This document shows, piece after piece, positions 23,958 to 31,867 of a DNA stretch of 32,000 nucleotides (positions within the stretch are counted from its first letter, which is position 1; every line of letters begins with the position of its first letter). Position numbers and translations under genes: made by a program. The stretch is taken from NCBI GenBank assembly GCA_023898645.1, contig CP060232.1, positions 660,001-692,000 on the forward strand, written 5' to 3'. Below the pieces are notes generated by a model, which was not told the DNA's origin, ran no database searches, and was given only the letters and a program-made list of their open reading frames with translations. Origin of the DNA: Candidatus Saccharimonadota bacterium (GTDB taxonomy: Bacteria > Patescibacteriota > Saccharimonadia > Saccharimonadales > Saccharimonadaceae).

Positions 23958-23988
23958 ACCGCGTGGCGAAGCCGTCACGAGGTTTTTT
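23958..23988 (+). terminator. Hairpin plus T-run 5 nt after repeat copy B
   Basis: accgcgtg ... cacgaggt pairs at 7 of 8 positions. There is an inner GC-GAA-GC hairpin, then tttttt (23983-23988). A second AT-rich palindrome follows at about 23993-24018. Confidence 0.5.
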
Positions 23989-24055
23989 GCTTCGTTTTTT
24001 GCCGGCACAAAAAATGAAGGCGTTTTGGTACTTACGCAAAAAAGTACTAGAGTTA

Positions 24056-24083
24056 TTGACATTTCCCACTCCTTTGCTATACT
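24056..24083 (+). promoter_or_regulatory. Strong sigma70-like promoter of the rplJL operon
   Basis: TTGACA - 16 nt - TATACT, with TGc immediately upstream of the -10 (extended -10). Confidence 0.7.
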
Positions 24084-24089
24084 TCATAC

Positions 24090-24297
24090 AGCATTACACC
24101 AAAGACCGTAGCTGTCGCAAGACTTAATTCGCTACCGAGGCGTAAAACTACCACCATTGTTTTATCCACCCGAAAGGTCTTTGATTACAACTGCGAGTAT
24201 CAAAGACCTTCTTTTATTCTCAAAGTTGCAAGGACCTAACGGTGTAATGAATACCTTAACAACTCGGATCGAAAAATAATTAACCAAGGAGAATCTT
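24090..24297 (+). promoter_or_regulatory. rplJ 5' leader (L10-leader-like) with an attenuator hairpin at 24174-24218
   Basis: The UTR is about 200 nt. It contains a GTAGC...GCTAC helix enclosing a GTC-GCAA-GAC GNRA hairpin. A 12-bp stem aaggtctttgat / atcaaagacctt follows, then cttttatt. The RBS AAGGAG lies at 24286-24291. Confidence 0.55.
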
Positions 24298-24822
24298 ATG
24301 GCGATTTCAAAATCGAAAAAGAACGAATTGGTTGCTGAAGTTTCAGAATCTCTAGCGACGTCAAAGCTAACAGTTTTCGCAAAGTATGACGGCCTAAGTG
24401 TTGCAGACATGCAAGCACTTCGCGGTCAGGCTCGCGAAGCTGGCGTAACGATCAAGGTGGTCAAAAACCGCTTGGTCCGCGTAGCAATGAGCGCAAACGA
24501 TACGTACAAAAACACCGATACCGCCCTTCTAACTGGTCAATTGCTTTACGCAATGAGCAGCGAAGACGAGATCGCTCCTGCAAAAGTACTCGACGGCTTT
24601 GCCAAGACCAACCCGGCCTTGCAGTTCGTCGGTGCATTTGGCATGGAAGGTGAACTCATGGACGCAGCCGAAGTCACTGCTCTTGCTAGCTTGCCTAGCA
24701 AAAACGAGCTTGTTGGCCAAGTTGTATCTATGTTGCTATCACCAGTTAACGACGTCACAAACGCGCTTTCTGGCAACCTACACGCCCTATTGGACGGCGT
24801 AGAAGCCAAGGCTACTGCTTAA
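24298..24822 (+). CDS. rplJ: 50S ribosomal protein L10
   Basis: 174 aa. The N-terminal KSKKNELVAEV...LTVFAKYDGLSVADMQALRGQAREAGVTIKVVKNRL is typical of L10, and it lies immediately upstream of rplL. Confidence 0.95.
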   Translation: MAISKSKKNELVAEVSESLATSKLTVFAKYDGLSVADMQALRGQAREAGVTIKVVKNRLVRVAMSANDTYKNTDTALLTGQLLYAMSSEDEIAPAKVLDGFAKTNPALQFVGAFGMEGELMDAAEVTALASLPSKNELVGQVVSMLLSPVNDVTNALSGNLHALLDGVEAKATA

Positions 24823-24867
24823 CTTCAAGCAACCTACAATTAACTGAATTATAAAGGAGTCATAATC

Positions 24868-25245
24868 ATGGCTGATGTAAAGAAACTTGCTGAAGAACTG
24901 ACAAAATTGACAGTTCTCGAAGTAAACGAACTAAAAACTGTCCTTAAGGACGAATACGGCATCGAGCCTGCAGCTGCTGCTGTAGCTGTTGCTGCTGGCC
25001 CTGCTGCTGCAGCTGGTCCTGCCGAAGACGAAAAGAGCGAATACACTGTGAAACTAGCTGACGCTGGTGCGCAGAAAGTTGCTGTTATCAAGGCTGTTAA
25101 AGAAATCACTGGTCTTGGACTTGGTGAAGCTAAAGCTATCGTCGACAACGCTCCTAGCAACGTAGTTGAAAAGGTAAGCAAAGACGACGCTGACAACGCT
25201 AAGAAACTTCTTGAAGAAGCTGGCGCTTCTGTCGAACTCGTTTAA
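24868..25245 (+). CDS. rplL: 50S ribosomal protein L7/L12
   Basis: 125 aa. N-terminal dimerisation helix, Ala/Pro hinge ([18 protein letters not shown]), and C-terminal domain [34 protein letters not shown]. Confidence 0.96.
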   Translation: MADVKKLAEELTKLTVLEVNELKTVLKDEYGIEPAAAAVAVAAGPAAAAGPAEDEKSEYTVKLADAGAQKVAVIKAVKEITGLGLGEAKAIVDNAPSNVVEKVSKDDADNAKKLLEEAGASVELV

Positions 25246-25290
25246 TCGAGCCGACAGTTCACCAAAATCATTCGATCCGATTGTTATACG

Positions 25291-25324
25291 AAAACCGCTC
25301 CAACTCGGGGCGGTTTTCATTTTA
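25291..25324 (+). terminator. Rho-independent terminator after rplL
   Basis: Stem aaaaccgc / gcggtttt with a 10-11 nt loop, followed by ttttcatttt. Confidence 0.7.
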
Positions 25325-25340
25325 GACAAAGCACGTTACA

Positions 25341-25468
25341 ATGGAGCAAATGAGTAGCGTTTTCAGCATCATTGTGAGCCTCGTCCTCGTGCCATCGCAT
25401 GGCGCCGGTTGCTCATACCAATAGACAGTTAAACGACAACGAGCACCCGGCCACAAGCCGGGGTTTTT
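25341..25468 (+). promoter_or_regulatory. ilvBN leader: branched-chain-amino-acid-rich leader peptide plus antiterminator/terminator switch
   Basis: Leader ORF 25341-25424 (or from the ATG at 25350, 3 nt after GGAG) encodes [27 protein letters not shown]. Antiterminator: 25404-25414 pairs with 25441-25451 at 10 of 11 positions. Terminator: cccggc 25446-25451 / gccggg 25457-25462, then g + ttttt. The two pairings share 25446-25451. Confidence 0.7.
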
Positions 25469-25494
25469 CGTCAGAGAGGGTAGTAACAAATATC

Positions 25495-27198
25495 ATGACA
25501 GGCGCGGAAGCACTGATAAAGAGCCTCGAGCGATTGGGCGTCGAGTATATATTTGGCTATTCCGGCGGGGCTGCCATACCCATATTTGACGCAATCGTCA
25601 CCACCAAAACCAACATCAAGCTCATAGCCACCCGTCACGAACAAGGCGCCGCCCACATGGCCGACGGCTACGCACGCGCCAGCGGCAAACCGGGCGTTGT
25701 ACTGGTAACCAGCGGCCCCGGAGTTGGCAATATCATCACCGGGCTAATGACCGCGCACATGGACAGCGTGCCGATAATCATCATCAGCGGCCAGCAAATC
25801 ACGCCGATGCTCGGCCTGGACGCGTTTCAAGAAGCGGATACATTTAACCTGAGTATGCCAGTGGTCAAACACAACTACCTAGTGCTCAAAACCAACGATG
25901 TGCCTAGCGTGGTACACGAAGCATTTGAAATCGCATCGACCGGCAGGCCGGGGCCGGTGCTGATAGACATGCCAAAAGACGTCAGCTCCGGAAAATTTAC
26001 CGGCAAACTAACCGACGCTGCACCACTCGTGCGTAAAGAAGAAACAGCACAGTACAAAAAAGACGCCCAAAAAGTCGCAAAACTTATAGCAAACGCCAAG
26101 CGCCCTGTCGTACTGGCTGGTCACGGCGTGTTGATAGCTGGCGCCGAAGACGAGCTGTTAAAGGTAGCGACTCAGTTTGACATGCCTGTCACCACTACGC
26201 TTTTAGGCAAGGGCGCAATCGACGAAACGTACGAATTGTCGCTCGGCATGCTCGGTATGCACGGTACCGGTTACGCCAACAAAGCAATTGAAGAGTCGGA
26301 TCTCATAATAAACATCGGTTCGCGATTTGACGACCGGATAGTGGGCGATGTAGAAAGCTTCACGGCAAACACAACCATAGTGCACGTGGACGTAGACGAA
26401 GCCGAGCTAGGCAAAATGGTGATGCCGGACGTTGCCATACTAGCAGACGCAAAAGATTTCTTTAGTGCGCTACTCGCTACCAAGCAGGCGGCTACTCACG
26501 ACAAGTGGCACAAGCATCTGCAAACATACAAAGAGCAAATGCCACTAAGCTACGACGATAGCGACGGCCTGACCCAGCAGCACGTTATAGACGAAGCCAT
26601 GAAACAAACGAAAGGCGAGGCGATTGTAACCACGGACGTAGGCCAGCACCAAATGTGGGCTGCGCAGTTTTACCGCGTAAAGCACGCCAACCACTGGATC
26701 AGCTCTGGCGGAGCAGGCACTATGGGCTTTGGATTCCCAAGTGCACTTGGCGCACAATTTGCCGAACCAAAAAAGCAGGTGCTGACAATCGTGGGCGATG
26801 GCGGATTCCAAATGACACTGTACGAACTAGCAACGGCGGCGCTACATAAACTACCCGTAAAGATATTTGTGATGAACAATCACTACCTAGGCATGGTGCG
26901 CCAATGGCAAGAACTTTTTTATGACGAGCGCCTGAGCGGCGTCGACCTAGAAGGCAACCCGGACTTTGTAAAACTAGCCGAAAGCTACGGCGTAAAGGCA
27001 ATCAACATAGAGCAACCCGACGAAGTGGAGGCCAAGGTAGCCGAAGCACTCGCGTACAACGACGGCCCCGTGCTAATCAACTGCGAAGTTGCCAAGACGC
27101 ACAACGTCTACCCGATGATCCCAGCAGGCAGCGGCTATTCACATATGTTGCTCGGTCCGCCGACTACCAAACTAGAAGCACCAAAGGGGAGTACGTAA
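25495..27198 (+). CDS. ilvB: Acetolactate synthase (acetohydroxyacid synthase) large catalytic subunit, ThDP/FAD-dependent
   Basis: The 567 aa counted from the ATG at 25495 ([26 protein letters not shown]) give the typical AHAS N-terminus. ThDP motif is [15 protein letters not shown]...NN, and HGTGYANKA and RFDDR motifs are present. The track start at 25399 would run through the attenuator. Confidence 0.92.
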   Translation: MTGAEALIKSLERLGVEYIFGYSGGAAIPIFDAIVTTKTNIKLIATRHEQGAAHMADGYARASGKPGVVLVTSGPGVGNIITGLMTAHMDSVPIIIISGQQITPMLGLDAFQEADTFNLSMPVVKHNYLVLKTNDVPSVVHEAFEIASTGRPGPVLIDMPKDVSSGKFTGKLTDAAPLVRKEETAQYKKDAQKVAKLIANAKRPVVLAGHGVLIAGAEDELLKVATQFDMPVTTTLLGKGAIDETYELSLGMLGMHGTGYANKAIEESDLIINIGSRFDDRIVGDVESFTANTTIVHVDVDEAELGKMVMPDVAILADAKDFFSALLATKQAATHDKWHKHLQTYKEQMPLSYDDSDGLTQQHVIDEAMKQTKGEAIVTTDVGQHQMWAAQFYRVKHANHWISSGGAGTMGFGFPSALGAQFAEPKKQVLTIVGDGGFQMTLYELATAALHKLPVKIFVMNNHYLGMVRQWQELFYDERLSGVDLEGNPDFVKLAESYGVKAINIEQPDEVEAKVAEALAYNDGPVLINCEVAKTHNVYPMIPAGSGYSHMLLGPPTTKLEAPKGST

Positions 27199-27199
27199 G

Positions 27200-27457
27200 A
27201 TGAAAAAAGATAGCGACCACACATACGTATTGACCCTGACCGTCCGCAACAATGCCGGCGTCTTGGTGCGTTGCGCGCAGATATTTAATCGGCGCGGGCA
27301 CAACATCGAGGCATTGCACGTTGCCGGTTCACCCGACTCGCCAAACTTGTCGCTCATGACAATTACGGCATTTGGCAAACCAGACGTGATCAAACTAATT
27401 ACACTGCAATTAAAAAAACTTGTAGACGTCGTAGACGTAAAAGAGTCCGAAAACTAA
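27200..27457 (+). CDS. ilvN: Acetolactate synthase small regulatory subunit (ACT domain only, short form)
   Basis: 85 aa. HTYVLTLTVRNNAGVLVRCAQIFNRRGHNIEAL is the canonical AHAS small-subunit ACT domain. It starts 1 nt after the ilvB stop. Confidence 0.85.
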   Translation: MKKDSDHTYVLTLTVRNNAGVLVRCAQIFNRRGHNIEALHVAGSPDSPNLSLMTITAFGKPDVIKLITLQLKKLVDVVDVKESEN

Positions 27458-27473
27458 CCAGACGTTTTTGGCT

Positions 27474-27518
27474 AAAAAATATGCCCGATTTTCCGTGGTA
27501 GTCACAGAAAATCGGGCA
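27474..27518 (-). terminator. Terminator of minus-strand gene 27524-28078, possibly bidirectional
   Basis: 12-bp stem tgcccgattttc / gaaaatcgggca. On the minus strand it is followed by atatttttt. Confidence 0.7.
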
Positions 27519-27523
27519 CGTAG

Positions 27524-28078
27524 CTACTTGGCAGTAGCGAGCCTCAGTGCGAGCTGAGCCGCCGAAACGGTACTTGTAAACGCCACGTATACACGGCCGT
27601 AGGTCGAATACTGACGCTTTTTGAAAACCGTGCGGCCGTTCTTGACCTCGGCTGCGTTGAAGCCAATCGCTACGGCACTGGTAATCGTAGACGTCGCGTC
27701 GACCTGCTCGTTATGCTCGGTAGCAAGTAGCGACTGGCCGTTTTCGGCTCGTCGCGTAAGCTCCATGCCGGCGGCATACAGGCTGACGCCCGCCATAGCA
27801 AGGCTGATCACATAACCGAAGTTGTCGCGAAACGTCAACGACTGGCTGTCTTTATACAGCAAGTTTCGTTGCCGAAGCAGCGTATTTGAAATGTGCAACG
27901 CACGGAACACACTCGCAACGGCATCGATAGTCAGGCTCAGCCCAGACTTTTCCTGCGTTGATTGCTTCATGTTGTCACGGAACTCTTGCAGCGAGAACTC
28001 GCGATAATTAACTCGCCCCATGTAAGAAGCTACCTCTCTATATGTACGTCTCGCGCTGTGCGAAATCTTATATACCAT
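27524..28078 (-). CDS. Hypothetical protein
   Basis: 184-aa ORF with a good terminator. It has one central hydrophobic segment (GYVISLAMAGVSLYAAG). I recognise no motif. Confidence 0.5.
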   Translation of the reverse strand: MVYKISHSARRTYREVASYMGRVNYREFSLQEFRDNMKQSTQEKSGLSLTIDAVASVFRALHISNTLLRQRNLLYKDSQSLTFRDNFGYVISLAMAGVSLYAAGMELTRRAENGQSLLATEHNEQVDATSTITSAVAIGFNAAEVKNGRTVFKKRQYSTYGRVYVAFTSTVSAAQLALRLATAK

Positions 28079-28172
28079 ACCATTTTTGTATACATGCTAC
28101 AACAAACGCCACGTTGGCCTCTCAAGAAAAAACCGCCCAAATTTAAGTAGTAGTTCAGGGTATAATGAACTC

Positions 28173-28802
28173 ATGAAGTCAAAAGACAGGGTCGTTATAT
28201 TTGGCGCCGCCGGCAAAGTCGGCAGCTTGCTAGTAGAGTACGCTCTGGCAGATGGTTACGCGGTGACGGCGTTCGTGCACCGTCATCATAATTTACCTAG
28301 TCATCCGAATTTAATAATTGCTAAGGGTGATGTGTATGACAAGTCCGAAGTACAAAAGGCGCTGCAAGACGCAGACGTAGTACTCAGTGCGCTCAGTAGC
28401 TGGGGCACACCGAAAAAAGACGTGCTGTCTGCCGCTATGGCGACCATCGTACCTACTATGAAAGAGCGAGGAATCGACAGGATTATATCGCTCACTGGTT
28501 CTGAGGCTAGGGCATCGGGCGACCGCCTAAGCATCATTCATAGGCTTGCGCACATAGGAATCGGCGTCGTAGGCGGCAAAGTACTCCGCGACGGCGAACG
28601 CCACATTAAATTGCTAGAACAAAGCGGGCTTGACTGGACCGTCGTACGATCACCAATTATGCGGTCGGGTTCGTCGCGACGATATACGTTGTCCTCAAAC
28701 CGGCCGTTGCCATGGGGTATCATTAACCGCCAAGCCGTAGCGCGGGCAATGGTCGACCAAATAGACACACCGCACAGGCCCAAGGCCGTATTTATACATT
28801 AG
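28173..28802 (+). CDS. NAD(P)-binding Rossmann-fold protein (NmrA/atypical SDR-like)
   Basis: I moved the start to the ATG at 28173, so the glycine-rich loop VVIFGAAGKVGS sits at the N-terminus as expected. TATAAT (28161-28166) lies 6 nt upstream, with no RBS. Confidence 0.75.
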   Translation: MKSKDRVVIFGAAGKVGSLLVEYALADGYAVTAFVHRHHNLPSHPNLIIAKGDVYDKSEVQKALQDADVVLSALSSWGTPKKDVLSAAMATIVPTMKERGIDRIISLTGSEARASGDRLSIIHRLAHIGIGVVGGKVLRDGERHIKLLEQSGLDWTVVRSPIMRSGSSRRYTLSSNRPLPWGIINRQAVARAMVDQIDTPHRPKAVFIH

Positions 28803-28830
28803 TCATTGCTTTTCGAATAAGTATCGACAA

Positions 28831-29292
28831 CTACATAGGGCCCGCGCCGTACGTGCCCGGCTTGGGCGTTCCTTGCGGCGGTTGCTCGTCGCCTGGAAGC
28901 AAAGGATTTCTAGAACCTAATAAAACGTCTATAAATTTGCGTGACGATTTAGGAAACCCGTAATCGTTGGGGCCCTGGGTGCCAGGAGCAAACAGCAGAA
29001 TGAGAAAGGTCACTAAATTGACGACTGGAACGAAGTGTAACAAAGCCAGCCAGCCAGTCTTGTTCATATCATGCCAGCGTCGAATAATCATGCCGAGTGA
29101 CGCTACTATGTTAAATGCACTCCACACGGCGCCAAAGAGGAAGAAAACAATATTTATCATAGAATGAATCGCGCCAGAATCATGTATAGCGATGATTGAA
29201 ATCACATATAAAATGATAGCGACCAGCATAGGAACGCCGAGGTATAAATTTCCTAATACGAAACCAGTTCGATTGAGTCTGCCTTTAAACAT
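28831..29292 (-). CDS. DUF805 (YhaH-like) inner-membrane protein with a Pro-rich C-terminal tail
   Basis: GRLNRTGFVLGNL...RRWHDMNKTGWLALL matches the DUF805 signature. I moved the start to the ATG at 29292 (MFKGRLNR). Confidence 0.7.
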   Translation of the reverse strand: MFKGRLNRTGFVLGNLYLGVPMLVAIILYVISIIAIHDSGAIHSMINIVFFLFGAVWSAFNIVASLGMIIRRWHDMNKTGWLALLHFVPVVNLVTFLILLFAPGTQGPNDYGFPKSSRKFIDVLLGSRNPLLPGDEQPPQGTPKPGTYGAGPM

Positions 29293-29401
29293 AACCGCAG
29301 TATAGCACAATGGCGCCTAGACGCTGACGCACTTTATGAATGTGGTAATGTTTCTATTTTATGGTATAGCATATTTTTGACAGGGGGAGTACAATCGAAT
29401 T

Positions 29402-29950
29402 ATGAAATCAATGGAGTTTTCAAGCTTTGCAAACGCAGAAAATGCGTGGACATACGACACGCCGTACGACCTGGCACGTAGACGAGAGATCTTAGAAAAT
29501 GACGGACGAGACAGCCGTCGATTTCAAGATATGGAAAACTATATAGACTACGTAAATAACAATATGCCCGACGACTACATGGTAGCAACGACCGTCGTTA
29601 AGCTAATCGAATACGATCCATATTCGACCCGCGTCAAGCCACCAACTAAACTAGCGTGGCTTTACCGACCCGACGAAAATGGCGTATTCACTCAATATAA
29701 ATGCGTTTCCAATCTGGCGAGCTTCGTAGGCGACAAACTCGATCTACAAGATGATGACGTATACGTAGTAAATACTCAGTACAACGTCGCAATTCAACCC
29801 AAGCCGAACAAAAGTGTCGATATGATAAACATAGTTCAAGGAGTAGGCGACAATAGCGGTCACAAGGCACTGAACAACTTCGAAAAAAAGGTTACCGACG
29901 TTCTGGGAAGCTACTCGTTGTCGAGTTATCAGCTTACGCGCAATTACTAG
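29402..29950 (+). CDS. Hypothetical protein
   Basis: 182-aa ORF. GGGGGAG lies about 12 nt upstream. I recognise no motif. Confidence 0.5.
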   Translation: MKSMEFSSFANAENAWTYDTPYDLARRREILENDGRDSRRFQDMENYIDYVNNNMPDDYMVATTVVKLIEYDPYSTRVKPPTKLAWLYRPDENGVFTQYKCVSNLASFVGDKLDLQDDDVYVVNTQYNVAIQPKPNKSVDMINIVQGVGDNSGHKALNNFEKKVTDVLGSYSLSSYQLTRNY

Positions 29951-30080
29951 CACGTCCTGCGATGGCATTTTTCATGACAGCGAGGGTATAGTTGACGCCA
30001 ATGAGCGCGCCCGAGAATTCTGGAAGCAAGAAATACGAAAGAACGTGGACGTACAACACGCCATATACACCATTCGTAGA

Positions 30081-30109
30081 TTGCTTTTTTGTTACATTTA
30101 TGCCATAAT
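30081..30109 (+). promoter_or_regulatory. Sigma70-like promoter
   Basis: TTGCTT - 17 nt - CATAAT, upstream of AGGAG (30151-30155) and the TTG start at 30162. Confidence 0.55.
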
Positions 30110-30161
30110 TTAGTTAGCCACAAAAGTGGTCGTAGCTTACACAAATAGGTAGGAGTGATTC

Positions 30162-30668
30162 TTGTCTAGTAACCAAGACTTCGTCTTGAAAATGCCGCCG
30201 AACCCAATGGTTCAGCGTATGTACATCGATCTGCCCGGGTTACAACCGTTTGTCATACCGTCACACACGGTTGCCGGCATCTTGTGGCTCGACAAAGCCA
30301 TGGGCATAGCAGACGATTGCGACTACGTGCTCGTCAGCCAGTCGCTTGCCGGTTGGCTAATGGTAGAGTGCGACGTGCTCGATCCGGCCATACAGGTTAC
30401 TCGAATGCTAGCAATGCTCGACGAAGGAATCAACGAGAAATCAACAGAAGATTTCATCGAGCTCATCTCAAACCCGTTCGCGATTCGCTTTTCAGACGAC
30501 GACTCCGTACCAAGCAATATACGTGGCGAAATCGTCTCGATTGCGGTCATGAAAGAGTCAGACATGGAAAACGAATATGCCGACAGCATCTTTGCTGTCA
30601 GCATGCACGCCGACGATTCATTCGTCGGCCCTACGCCAGCGTTCCAGCACGCCATGCAGGAGCCCTAG
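30162..30668 (+). CDS. Hypothetical acidic protein
   Basis: 168 aa. TTG start lies 6 nt after AGGAG. The overlapping Arg-rich frame 30284-30736 was rejected. Confidence 0.55.
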   Translation: MSSNQDFVLKMPPNPMVQRMYIDLPGLQPFVIPSHTVAGILWLDKAMGIADDCDYVLVSQSLAGWLMVECDVLDPAIQVTRMLAMLDEGINEKSTEDFIELISNPFAIRFSDDDSVPSNIRGEIVSIAVMKESDMENEYADSIFAVSMHADDSFVGPTPAFQHAMQEP

Positions 30669-30825
30669 GCACTACAACACCCGCATACTTTTATAACAGG
30701 TATGCGGGTTTTATATTGCAGACAAAAGGCTATTAATTTGCCTAATGAAAAAGTTTATTCCGTCGTTTCTACAACAATTTTTAAGTTTAAACTGTTATGG
30801 CTGTGGACAAAAATGAGCGAATAGA

Positions 30826-30854
30826 TTGACAGTGTTTGTATTGCCTGATATATA
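30826..30854 (+). promoter_or_regulatory. Strong sigma70-like promoter
   Basis: TTGACA - 17 nt - TATATA, with TGa just upstream (extended -10). The track start codon at 30826 is the TTG of this -35 box. Confidence 0.65.
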
Positions 30855-30897
30855 TAGATATGATATCACCACAAAAAACAGACAAGGAACTGCGAGC

Positions 30898-31413
30898 ATG
30901 TCTGACCTACCAGAGAAACAAGTAAAGAGACTAACATCCCTCATCCAAGAGGCAGAGACAAACTTGGCAGCAGCCAAGGAACTTTTAATTAGCATTATCG
31001 GTGAGGGCGGCGTTGTCCTCACACCTAAATCAAGTCAAGAAGACGTCACCGGCAAGGTAATCGAAGGTGTCTTCGACGGCCAAGTTATGGTCGGCCCTGA
31101 CGGCAAAAACTACCCAGTACCTGCAAACTATGCCAGCAAGTCCAAACTACTAGAAGGTGACGTTCTAAAGCTAACCATCGCCGACGATGGCAGCTTCATC
31201 TATAAGCAAATTGGTCCAATCGAGCGAAAGCAAGTCATCGGCACACTAACGCAGCACGATGGCGCCTACTACGTAGAAGTAAGTGGCCGAGAGTACCGCA
31301 TACTGCTTGCTAGTGTTACTTTCTTCCGTCTCCACGAAGGCGACCAAGTCACAATTATCGTGCCAGAAGACAGCACAGACGCCACATGGGCTGCTGTTGA
31401 AGCACCGCTGTAG
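30898..31413 (+). CDS. Hypothetical protein (N-terminal coiled-coil-like helix plus beta-rich C-terminal part)
   Basis: I moved the start to the ATG at 30898 (MSDLPEKQVKRL...), 9 nt after AAGGA and downstream of the promoter at 30826-30854. Confidence 0.6.
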   Translation: MSDLPEKQVKRLTSLIQEAETNLAAAKELLISIIGEGGVVLTPKSSQEDVTGKVIEGVFDGQVMVGPDGKNYPVPANYASKSKLLEGDVLKLTIADDGSFIYKQIGPIERKQVIGTLTQHDGAYYVEVSGREYRILLASVTFFRLHEGDQVTIIVPEDSTDATWAAVEAPL

Positions 31414-31507
31414 AAACCACAATCTTATTGCAGTAAAAAACAGACTTTTTTCAGACCGGTCGTGCTAAAGTATTTCAGTACGATCGCACTTTCGGACATA
31501 AGTAAGG

Positions 31508-31804
31508 ATGGGCAGTAACGTGCCTCTGGTAACGCTCCACTCCACTGGAAACAATTGGCGGACTTTCGAGTTTGAAGATTGTGGCAACATCACTACGATT
31601 GCAGATCGACTTTGCGAATCTTTGCAAGTTGAGTTTCACGCTGGCACTGTCACGGAACTGTACGTCTGTAAACCATACATTGCCATAAAATTCTCGCGCC
31701 TAATACCGAGCTGCTGGTCTGTAAGGGTCTTAGACATCATCCGAGACCACGTCAAAATACAACACAGAGAACGCAAGGATGTACTGTTGCGTATAGCAGA
31801 CTAG
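31508..31804 (+). CDS. Hypothetical protein
   Basis: 98-aa ORF followed by a good terminator. The RBS is weak (AAGG abuts the ATG). Confidence 0.45.
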   Translation: MGSNVPLVTLHSTGNNWRTFEFEDCGNITTIADRLCESLQVEFHAGTVTELYVCKPYIAIKFSRLIPSCWSVRVLDIIRDHVKIQHRERKDVLLRIAD

Positions 31805-31827
31805 CTACGTCCGTACACTTGATCGTA

Positions 31828-31867
31828 GACCCCCAACGCCATAAAACGTCGGGGGTCCTCTCTTTTT
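31828..31867 (+). terminator. Rho-independent terminator
   Basis: gaccccc a acg / cgt c gggggtc gives 10 bp with one mismatch. The loop is ccataaaa, followed by ctctcttttt. Confidence 0.7.

Noticed and set aside
24849-25196. 115-aa minus-strand ORF
   Set aside because: It is antisense to the unambiguous rplL gene. Its Ala/Ser-rich sequence is a shadow of the L7/L12 hinge.
25399-25494. Track start of ilvB at 25399, a 32-residue N-terminal extension
   Set aside because: The extension would be translated through the terminator hairpin and T-run of the attenuator, in a frame different from the leader peptide. AHAS homologs begin near MTGAEALI.
28086-28172. Track start at 28086 for the Rossmann-fold protein
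   Set aside because: It adds 29 residues of non-protein-like sequence (MYTCYNKRHVGLSRKNRPNLSSSS...) ahead of the glycine-rich loop, which normally sits at the N-terminus. A TATAAT box lies inside this extension.
30284-30736. 150-aa Arg-rich ORF overlapping 30162-30668 in another frame
   Set aside because: Its extreme Arg/His content is typical of an off-frame translation. The 30162 frame has a promoter, AGGAG and a start codon at correct spacing.
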